Origin: Candidatus Bathyarchaeia archaeon
GTDB taxonomy: Archaea > Asgardarchaeota > Heimdallarchaeia > JABLTI01
NCBI GenBank assembly: GCA_035528035.1
Contig: DATKZI010000037.1
Span: 81,819 to 113,818 of the forward strand
Length of the DNA stretch: 32,000 bases
Reading direction: 5' to 3'
Notes under the pieces: generated by a model
The model's input: only the letters and a program-made list of their open reading frames with translations
Database searches by the model: none
Told to the model about the DNA's origin: nothing
In this document: piece after piece, positions 25,901-32,000 of the stretch
Position numbering within the stretch: position 1 is the stretch's first letter
How the letters are laid out: the number at the start of each line of letters is the position of its first letter
Program-made: the position numbers and the translations under genes

Positions 25901-26231
25901 AATAGCACTTGGTACTAATCCTTTATCAAGCGATACAGATATGGATGGTATTTCTGATGCTGATGAGCTATCTGATGGTACCGATCCATTAGATGCCTCA
26001 GATAACAAGAAATTTGCTCGTCGTAATAATATCCTAATATCCTTTAGTTTAATCATTGCAGGGGTACTTGTCTACTATTTCAGTCCAATATTAATCTCAA
26101 AATTACGTCGTGAAGAAGAAATCAATTGGATTCGTGAAGGTATCAAGAAGCGCAATGCTAAAAGTAATAGATTTGTCTCTAATAATTTAACTGTTGATTC
26201 AACAGATACTGTTAATAAATCTGAAATCTAA
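22959..26231 (+). CDS. type-I membrane surface protein, paralogue of 13113-15791: propeller-like ectodomain + 24 TSP3-like repeats + TM + 44-aa tail
   Basis: N-terminal signal/anchor (aa 6-27). Seven units (aa 104-455) with the same h-H-h-h-W ... YY ... W-S pattern, e.g. AHIFWVGK, RIHLVWLL, NLHLFYIL, KLIYMWTH, NMHMIWFD. 24 DxDxDG-type repeats (aa 457-1015). TM ILISFSLIIAGVLVYYFSPILI followed by SKLRREEE. Confidence 0.8.
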   Translation: MNIKRNLILNLSVLFICSILLNIYISYNQISANSNLPIQSDIYSTNDTIDDKTIFNINQQIDGSYTEGYTTNYEDIGNYGFEAPVLIKESQPTLDAKIAVDGSNNAHIFWVGKTGDYWILYHVMRFFENGSWSTIDNFGKTDKIFSGVLDVETDFLGRIHLVWLLNSNIYYMLYDNISKTWSNKVIVGSGSDLDLSVNENGLPRISFIKTLESYYYVYRYARLKDDLVNWETTDIPIGISTYDTRARNSALLVTDENGKECTYFFFGMTFRSGSYSHTAYYVRYAISLKETYNSPFTINNNFIQYNIPYAFNVLPKPQILGSNDDNLHLFYILPGDSDTLYLTYQRRNSDKEWEPGETLSDKIALNCDTVSAIDNATGKLIYMWTHTTYITETKAALYLKTFSPVTETWSDDILFLNNYNYTQYPDFDLDNYGNMHMIWFDQKDDTKRLYYKMGWIDSDEDGLYDFEERDIYGTDPYNSDCDGDQFLDGEEIALGFDPFNPDEDSDGMGDGFEYHYGLDPYTNDSYDDLDNDLLLNIEEYYANSFPNNNDSDDDLVSDYLEVKIYYSDPRDTDSDDDDINDGIEILILSSNPNSNDSDNDTMTDWYEWEYGLNINVNDTLEDPDLDGLINLLEFENDLEPDNPDYEGDGLNDYEEVVIWFTNPKKYDTDKDGLWDGRDEVYNYGTNPLKPDTDDDLINDKTEIEKGFDPLNNDTDYDSLPDGYEWIFHLDPLDPSDGLLDNDHDGLNNYEEFLLWTNPFLVDSDGDRFTDLEELSLGCDPAKWDTDGEGIDDYNEIVVLKTNVTNPDTDYDLLNDYLEVHKYNSNPLVQDTDGDGITDGIEVYTYGTHPSYRDSDHDGIDDDVELFIFGSSPILVDTDFDGMDDYFEWLYDLNPVVDDSYLDADSDGISNGEEFLYNANPLISDTDQDGLTDFEEIAIYFTKPNLKDTDQDGLTDFDEIAVYHTVPLDLDTDDDRISDGEEIALGTNPLSSDTDMDGISDADELSDGTDPLDASDNKKFARRNNILISFSLIIAGVLVYYFSPILISKLRREEEINWIREGIKKRNAKSNRFVSNNLTVDSTDTVNKSEI
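24327..26003 (+). repeat. array of 24 thrombospondin-type-3-like acidic Ca-binding repeats (coding, in frame)
   Basis: Examples: DSDEDGLYDFEE, DTDKDGLWDGRDE, DSDGDRFTDLEE, DTDGDGITDGIE, DSDHDGIDDDVE, DTDQDGLTDFEE, DTDQDGLTDFDE, DTDMDGISDADE. Each is followed by a hydrophobic/aromatic stretch and (T/S)NP or DP. Period is 21-27 aa. Confidence 0.85.
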
Positions 26232-26318
26232 AGTGATTTTCACTTTATTTCATTTATTTTCTATTTTAATTAAAAAAAGTTTATTATTTACACTCGTAAT
26301 TTGAATACTTATTGCTAA

Positions 26319-26513
26319 TCACTTTTTAGAATCCCTTAAGAGTTTCCCATTTGAGCCAATATTTTCAGGTTCATTTTCATGTATTATAACTATTATATGT
26401 GCAAAATCATCTGGATAACCATAGGCTTCTTTTAATGCTTTATCCATCAATTCAACTAATTTTCTTTTTTGTTCAATATTTCTTTTCGGTCCTTCAATCG
26501 TAATTAATGGCAT
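26319..26513 (-). CDS. 4-oxalocrotonate tautomerase family protein
   Basis: 64 aa. N-terminal MPLITIEG, giving the catalytic Pro1 after Met removal. Length is typical of the family. Confidence 0.75.
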   Translation of the reverse strand: MPLITIEGPKRNIEQKRKLVELMDKALKEAYGYPDDFAHIIVIIHENEPENIGSNGKLLRDSKK

Positions 26514-26564
26514 TAATTATTCTTCTCCTCTTAGTACCTTCGATTAATATGTAATCCTTGATTT

Positions 26565-27107
26565 TTATGCTTTCTCTACAGCTTTTTTCTTTTCTAATTT
26601 GTATAATCTATAAATTAGTTGAATCTGACCAAGATGGATTATTTCATGCTCAAGAATATGGTATAGAATCCACTCTATGGTATATTTTTCATCATCAGAT
26701 TCAATAATCTTCTCAAGTTCATTATCAGTCATTTTTATTAGTCTATTGTGTACTTCTGTTCGTACTAAATTCAATCGATCTAAATAGACTATTATATCAT
26801 TGTTTTGTATTTGAGGAATATTTACTTCTGGTCGTAAAGAGAAAGCGTATTTCCATCCATCAAAATCCATTTCTTTACCATCTATATCCATAAAAATCCA
26901 TGACCATTCAACAGCAGCAATATGAAGTAATAATGTTCCAATAGTCTCAATCTGTTTCTTATTTGGTGAAAAATCTAATTCATCAATCGATAATTTACTT
27001 ACAAATCGCACAAGTTTTTCTCTAATTTTTTCCATTTGAGCAAACCATTGAGCTATTTTTGGTTGGAGAATATTATCCCGAGTGAGCTCTTCTAGTTCTT
27101 TATCCAA
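26565..27107 (-). CDS. DinB-superfamily (DinB_2-like) four-helix-bundle protein
   Basis: His-rich helices LLLHIAAVEW and ILYHILEHEIIHLGQI. 180 aa. The track start is TTG and the first ATG is codon 25, so the start is uncertain. Confidence 0.55.
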   Translation of the reverse strand: MDKELEELTRDNILQPKIAQWFAQMEKIREKLVRFVSKLSIDELDFSPNKKQIETIGTLLLHIAAVEWSWIFMDIDGKEMDFDGWKYAFSLRPEVNIPQIQNNDIIVYLDRLNLVRTEVHNRLIKMTDNELEKIIESDDEKYTIEWILYHILEHEIIHLGQIQLIYRLYKLEKKKAVEKA

Positions 27108-27162
27108 ATTTAATCACAAATAAACAATCTAAAAAGAATAAAAAAAGTATTCTCTTTAGAAA

Positions 27163-28089
27163 TTACTTTTCTGGAATAATTGAATCGGCGAACCATGCAG
27201 AATCGAATGGGATAAAGTCTGAATATTTTTGACCAATACCAATGAAAATTATTGGCGCTTTAGTCGCATATACAACAGAGAGGGCAGCACCACCTTTTGG
27301 GTCAGCATCTACTTTAGTAAGTATACTAGCATCAATCCCAACTATTCTATCATATTCCTCTGCTTGTAAAGCTGCATCATTACCGGTTAAAGCATCTGCT
27401 ACAAAAATATTCAAATCAGGTTCAGCTATACGGACAATTTTCTGTAGCTCTCTCATTAGATTCTTATTTGTTTGCAGTCTGCCTGCAGTATCAGCAATAA
27501 CTACATCAATTCCTTTTGCACGTGCGTGTTGAATTGTATCAAAAATTACTGCAGCAGGATCTGATCCATAGGTTTGCTTTATAATTCTTACACCTAATTT
27601 TTCACAATGTTTACTGATTTGGTCTATTGCTCCTGCTCGAAAAGTATCTCCAGCACCAATTACCACAGAATATTTATTATTTATTAGAAATTGAGTTAAT
27701 TTAGCAATAGAAGTGGTTTTTCCTGAACCATTTGGACCAAAAATTGCAAGTACGGTTGGTTCACCATTTTTCTTATTTTCGGCTATTATTTTTAGTATGT
27801 CGATTTTTTCTCTCGGTGATTCAAGAATATCAATAATTGATTTTCTTAATGCCTCATAGGTTATTTTTTTTCTAGAAACAAGTCTTCCAACTTTGGTATT
27901 TATTAGTGCATTTTCAACATCTTTAGTGATCTTTTCAGCAATAGGTACTGCAACATTGTTACCTATTAGGGCTAATTGAAGTTCGTATAAAGGCTTTTCT
28001 AAATTCTGAGGAGTAAGATCTTTTTGAGTGATTTTTTCAACTATAGAATCTATGCCAATTTTTAATTTCTTAAACATGGTATTTAACAC
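27163..28089 (-). CDS. ftsY: signal recognition particle receptor FtsY
   Basis: SRP-GTPase motifs GPNGSGKTTS, DTAGR, TKVD and GIGQ. The track start is GTG at 28089. ATG at 28077 (MFKKLK...) is more likely. Confidence 0.9.
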   Translation of the reverse strand: MLNTMFKKLKIGIDSIVEKITQKDLTPQNLEKPLYELQLALIGNNVAVPIAEKITKDVENALINTKVGRLVSRKKITYEALRKSIIDILESPREKIDILKIIAENKKNGEPTVLAIFGPNGSGKTTSIAKLTQFLINNKYSVVIGAGDTFRAGAIDQISKHCEKLGVRIIKQTYGSDPAAVIFDTIQHARAKGIDVVIADTAGRLQTNKNLMRELQKIVRIAEPDLNIFVADALTGNDAALQAEEYDRIVGIDASILTKVDADPKGGAALSVVYATKAPIIFIGIGQKYSDFIPFDSAWFADSIIPEK

Positions 28090-28193
28090 TCATTTCTAGT
28101 TATCGAATAATTAGCACTTTCGTAATTATATATTTATCATAATGAAATCAAATTAATTGATAATAGAAAATTAATGAGTTAAAAAGACTGCCT

Positions 28194-28658
28194 TTAACTC
28201 ACTAAGCTTGGATCATAAGTTGGTTTTGATGGACCTTGTAATTGTTGATAAATTGCTTGAGCTTTTTGTTCCATGATATTAATTTGATTAATAATTTGAT
28301 CTAGTTGATCTGCTAAAGCTAATCGTTCTTTTTCAACTTCATCCATCCGTCTATCAACTTCTTTAATCGCATCATCAAGTGATTTCTCAACGATAACACC
28401 TGAACCAACATTGTAGAAGACTTTGTCGGTTTGTATGGGCTTAGCTCGAAGCATAATACCTGAACCTAATTGGATTAAAGTTTCCTCAGGATTTGTCTCT
28501 TCTTTTAGTCCAGATAAAGTTGCTTTTGATCTACTTAAGTCGATGAGATAATTTTGTAAAGTTTCAATTTGTACTTGAAGTTGTTTACCATAATCATCGA
28601 ATCTTTGTAATTCATTTGTAATTGACTGGAATTCTCTTCGTAATTCATCTTCGCTCAT
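28194..28658 (-). CDS. pfdA: prefoldin alpha subunit
   Basis: 154 aa. N- and C-terminal coiled coils flank a double beta-hairpin segment (IQLGSGIMLRAKP...VFYNVGSGVIVEKSLDDAI). Sits in the conserved position between LX and FtsY. Confidence 0.85.
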   Translation of the reverse strand: MSEDELRREFQSITNELQRFDDYGKQLQVQIETLQNYLIDLSRSKATLSGLKEETNPEETLIQLGSGIMLRAKPIQTDKVFYNVGSGVIVEKSLDDAIKEVDRRMDEVEKERLALADQLDQIINQINIMEQKAQAIYQQLQGPSKPTYDPSLVS

Positions 28659-28721
28659 AATTTACACCACTTTAAATAAAAAGGGTAGTCAAGTAGTTTC
28701 AATGACTTTTCTTTTTACAAT

Positions 28722-28985
28722 TTATTGATGAATTTTTATATTTTCATCGGAAGCTATTTCTTTTAGAATTGGATTTTTTAATTCAGAATCACTAATCTCT
28801 TTTATTTTAATTACTTCTAAATGTTGACGATCTATACGGTGCTTACTACCAATTCTTGAATAAGCTTGTTCTAAGGCATCTTTCTCTGAAACAGCTCTAA
28901 CATCAACTTCGTGTTTTTCTTTTCTAGTTAGTGGTTTTTTTTCGAATGTTATTCTATAATTCTTTACTTGCACTTCTTTTGGCAT
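28722..28985 (-). CDS. rplX: 50S ribosomal protein LX (L18Ae/eL20 family)
   Basis: 87 aa. Segment AVSEKDALEQAYSRIGSKHRI. Sits in the conserved position between aIF6 and prefoldin alpha. Confidence 0.7.
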   Translation of the reverse strand: MPKEVQVKNYRITFEKKPLTRKEKHEVDVRAVSEKDALEQAYSRIGSKHRIDRQHLEVIKIKEISDSELKNPILKEIASDENIKIHQ

Positions 28986-29063
28986 TTTTATCCAACTCTC
29001 TATTAACTATTTGAACAAATTTATAATGGGTTTTTATTATTTTTGTATATAATGTTAATTAAG

Positions 29064-29744
29064 CTACATTCCCCGTAATGTTTGATAAATTCTTTGAAGT
29101 TCAGGTCCTGTAGTATCTTTGCCAGTTATTGCTCCTATTGAATTTGCAAAACATCCTATGCTTACATAAGGAACACCACGATTTATTGTGCCAACATTCA
29201 CTGGAACACCTAAACGTTCGCTAATCCATGTCATTTCCATTTCTGTAGTTAAAGGATGTACAAGAACACCCTTGTTAGTAGCTAATGCATGTGATCCTAC
29301 TAGAGGTGATTTTATAATATTTCCTCGCTCAACTTCTACATCCAAAGTATCTCGAATGATATCAATTGCTTCTGGCTCCATTTTCTCATGAACAATTGCA
29401 CCATGATCGTTGAGAAGAATACTATTACCTAAGCAAGTAATTTTACTTTCAATAATACCAATGTTTATTGAGCCATCAAAAACTTCCTTAATTTTATTAT
29501 ATTCTCTTGGAGAAATTATATGAGGTAGAACAATTCCTTTGGAATTTGCTGCTGCAAGAATACCTACAAGTGTTGAATCGCCAATATCAAGTCTAGTAAT
29601 TGGTACTTCTAAAGCTTTAGCTATCGCTTCTTCAGCTTTTTTCGTCCAAGTTTTTGATATTATGGCAAATTTATCTGTGGTTAAACCAAAGGCTCCTAAA
29701 GATGATAGGCCATTCACAGATGTTCTGATAATATTCATTTTCAT
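29064..29744 (-). CDS. eif6: translation initiation factor 6 (aIF6)
   Basis: 226 aa. Pentein-type internal repeats (SSLGAFGLTTDKFAI, STLVGILAAANSKGIVLP, LGNSILLNDHGAIV, PLVGSHALATNKGVLV, VSIGCFANSIGAI). ATG at 29744 or 29738. Confidence 0.9.
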   Translation of the reverse strand: MKMNIIRTSVNGLSSLGAFGLTTDKFAIISKTWTKKAEEAIAKALEVPITRLDIGDSTLVGILAAANSKGIVLPHIISPREYNKIKEVFDGSINIGIIESKITCLGNSILLNDHGAIVHEKMEPEAIDIIRDTLDVEVERGNIIKSPLVGSHALATNKGVLVHPLTTEMEMTWISERLGVPVNVGTINRGVPYVSIGCFANSIGAITGKDTTGPELQRIYQTLRGM

Positions 29745-29893
29745 TCAACCTATAGTAGAGATATACTTTAATTACTGAAACGCCTCGAACTAGAATTAAC
29801 TATATAAATCATTTCGCAAGAATGAGTATTGTTGAAAAATCATTTTGTTATGGATAGTGAATATTTTAAAGCGTAAAATAATTATAAGTAATT

Positions 29894-30826
29894 ATGGTGA
29901 AATTTAAGGTAGTATCAATATCTCATTCCATTGATCCAGACGGTATTGGTTCACAGGCAATTATTTTTAGATATTTCAGAGAGTTAGGTATTGAACCTGT
30001 GGGATTTCTTGCAGATTATAACAATTTTGCAGATGTATTAGAAGATGCTATAAAAGAAAATCCTACTGTTTTAATTGTTAGTGATTTAGGATTAAATAGC
30101 AAAGTAATTCAAGCTATCATTGAACCGATGAAAAATCTTCAAGCAAGAAAAATTTGGATTGATCATCATAATGCTCCTACAGAATTAAAAGAGCTTATAA
30201 TAGAAATGACTGATGAATTCATACATGATACTACTATATGTGCAGCAGAATTAACACAGAAACGATTTATGCCTGAGGATAATATCTCAAAGAAGATTGC
30301 TCAAATAGGTCATAATGGTGATTTTGATATCAAAGATCGTTTAACAACTATCTTCTATACTTTGATAGACTATTATCGATTTTCTACAAAGGACCTTATT
30401 AGGATTCGTGAAATGCTAGTTAAAGGTGATTTTGATAATAAAGAAATCTTTGAAGAATATTTAGCCGCCTATAAAGTCTTTGAAGCTGAACGAGATCGCA
30501 TACGTAAAGAATTGAAATCCATCATTATAGATAACAAAACCATAGCAATTGCTTATTCTAGTTTATTACCTCGAGGAAAGATAACAAAATTCCTTTCAGA
30601 AATCAGTGAAGATGATATATTATTAGCAATAGATACTACTAATTTTAGAATTGGTTTACGAAGCGAAAAATACGATGTTGCTGCAGTCGCAGCAAAATTT
30701 GGTGGAGGAGGGCATAAACATCGTTCTGGGTTCACATTTAAAGATGCTTTAACAACTGATAATGAATTGTCTGATGATTTTGTTGAGCTACTTAAAGAAG
30801 CCTTAACAGAAACAGATTCATTGTAA
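29894..30826 (+). CDS. DHH/DHHA1 family phosphoesterase (NrnA-like)
   Basis: DHH motifs HSIDPDGIGS, VSDLG and IDHHN, plus the DHHA1 motif FGGGGHKHRSGF. 310 aa. Confidence 0.8.
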   Translation: MVKFKVVSISHSIDPDGIGSQAIIFRYFRELGIEPVGFLADYNNFADVLEDAIKENPTVLIVSDLGLNSKVIQAIIEPMKNLQARKIWIDHHNAPTELKELIIEMTDEFIHDTTICAAELTQKRFMPEDNISKKIAQIGHNGDFDIKDRLTTIFYTLIDYYRFSTKDLIRIREMLVKGDFDNKEIFEEYLAAYKVFEAERDRIRKELKSIIIDNKTIAIAYSSLLPRGKITKFLSEISEDDILLAIDTTNFRIGLRSEKYDVAAVAAKFGGGGHKHRSGFTFKDALTTDNELSDDFVELLKEALTETDSL

Positions 30827-30881
30827 GTGGATTTCTGGGAGTAATGTTATTTAAGAAGAAAATTAGTTTACATACTTAAGT

Positions 30882-31985
30882 TTGGAAATGATTACGATGC
30901 TAAAAGAACGTCAAAAAAGATTACAGGAATTAATAGTTGAATCAAAAGCTGATTGCTTATTATTATTCCCTGGAGTAGATTTGTTTTATGCAACGGGATT
31001 GAATATTCACCAAAGTGAAAGATTAACACTCTCACTTCTCCCCAAAGAAGGGGAACCAATTTTCATTTGTCCAAGTTTTGAAAAAAGTCGTATGAAAAAA
31101 GGTCTTCAAAGAGGAGAAATTGAAACATGGGAAGAGGATGAAGATCCATTTGAATTATTGGGTTCAATCATAAAGGATCGTGAATTGGATAAGAAAAAAA
31201 TTGCATTAGATAATAAACTATGGTTTGAATGGTTTCTTAAAATTAAAGAACAATTACCAAAAGCTAATTTTGTTGGGTCAACAGATATAGTGACAGCTGC
31301 TCGTTTAATTAAATCAGAAAAAGAAATAGATTTAATGAAAAAAGCAACTCAAATTGCTTCAGAAGCAATAATTCAATCTTTTAAACAGGTAAAACCGGGT
31401 ATGACTGAGACAGAAGTGTCAAATATTGTTAAAGAAGAGCTAGCTAAAGAAGGCACACCTGCATTTAGTTTAGTACAATCAGGTCCCAATTCAGCATTAC
31501 CTCATGGAACACCTACAGGGAGAACTATAGAGAAAAACGATGTACTACTTATTGATGCTGGACCTGTATATCAAGGCTATTATGGTGATGTAACCATAAC
31601 ATCAGTAATAGGTGAACCAAGTGCTAAATTCTTGAAAATTTACGATATTGTTTATGGTGCTAATAGAGCTGCCTTTGAAACATCCAAAGAAGGAGAAATA
31701 GCTGAAAATGTCGACAAAGCTGCTCGAGATTATATTACTAAAACAGGTTATGGAAAATTCTTCACACATAGATTAGGGCATGGAATTGGTATTGAAGGAC
31801 ATGAACCACCATATATGGTAACTGGAAATAAATTAGTTTTGAAAAATGGTATGTGTCACACAATTGAACCAGGACTCTATTTTGAAAGAGAATTTGGTGT
31901 ACGTGTAGAAGATGATGTTGTAGTAAGAAAAGATTCTTGTGAATTCCTCTATGAATCTCCAAGAAAGATCTGGGAAATGATCTAA
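30882..31985 (+). CDS. M24B family Xaa-Pro peptidase
   Basis: Creatinase-like N-domain followed by a pita-bread domain with metal ligands in LIDAGPVYQGYYGDVT, HRLGHGIGIEGHEPP, EPGLY and VRVEDD. The track start is TTG at 30882. ATG at 30888 or 30897 is more likely. Confidence 0.85.
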   Translation: MEMITMLKERQKRLQELIVESKADCLLLFPGVDLFYATGLNIHQSERLTLSLLPKEGEPIFICPSFEKSRMKKGLQRGEIETWEEDEDPFELLGSIIKDRELDKKKIALDNKLWFEWFLKIKEQLPKANFVGSTDIVTAARLIKSEKEIDLMKKATQIASEAIIQSFKQVKPGMTETEVSNIVKEELAKEGTPAFSLVQSGPNSALPHGTPTGRTIEKNDVLLIDAGPVYQGYYGDVTITSVIGEPSAKFLKIYDIVYGANRAAFETSKEGEIAENVDKAARDYITKTGYGKFFTHRLGHGIGIEGHEPPYMVTGNKLVLKNGMCHTIEPGLYFEREFGVRVEDDVVVRKDSCEFLYESPRKIWEMI

Positions 31986-32000
31986 TATATGAAAATGAGA

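Noticed and set aside
24327-26003. The periodic 63-81-nt DNA repeats could be mistaken for a CRISPR array or a non-coding tandem repeat.
   Set aside because: The period is variable, the units are divergent at the DNA level, and the whole region is one uninterrupted ORF encoding DxDxDG-type peptide repeats. There are no spacer-like unique segments and no cas genes.
13113-26231. The two inverted paralogous genes as terminal repeats of a composite mobile element or genomic island.
   Set aside because: No transposase, integrase, tRNA target or direct-repeat junctions are present. The enclosed genes (rpl11, acd, dtdA, argF) are core housekeeping genes, and similarity between the flanks is confined to coding repeats.

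Overview
AT-rich archaeal chromosomal segment (about one-third GC by eye), densely coding on both strands. I support 27 CDS. I found no rRNA, tRNA, CRISPR array, transposase or integrase. The archaeal assignment rests on five things: the conserved aIF6 / ribosomal protein LX / prefoldin-alpha / FtsY cluster (27163-29744, minus strand), an archaeal-type D-aminoacyl-tRNA deacylase (DTD2), a fused ADP-forming acetyl-CoA synthetase, uL11, and a flavoprotein-ferredoxin (DmrX-like) gene next to a dihydropteroate-synthase-related gene. Composition and gene content fit a peptide- or amino-acid-fermenting archaeon: prolyl oligopeptidase, Xaa-Pro peptidase, glycine cleavage H/P proteins, ADP-forming ACS and ornithine carbamoyltransferase. 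A Lokiarchaeia/Asgard-like origin is possible but cannot be established from this window. Most of the window is housekeeping. The items most worth a second look: (1) two collinear paralogous giant type-I surface proteins (892 aa and 1090 aa), each with a 7-unit propeller-like head, an array of 8 or 24 thrombospondin-type-3-like acidic Ca-binding repeats, a TM helix and a cytoplasmic tail, which is 234 aa in one copy; (2) a beta-CASP metallo-beta-lactamase nuclease with a non-His motif C and an extreme C-terminal PIP-box-like tail (KTLDDFF), followed by a small ParB/Srx-fold protein; (3) an overlapping MoxR AAA+ / VWA pair with an Asn in the Walker B position; (4) a small protein with two identically spaced C2H2-type zinc knuckles; (5) pterin-cofactor genes directly upstream of gcvH-gcvPA-gcvPB, with no gcvT in the cluster. 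All functional calls come from motif recognition by eye. No database search was run.
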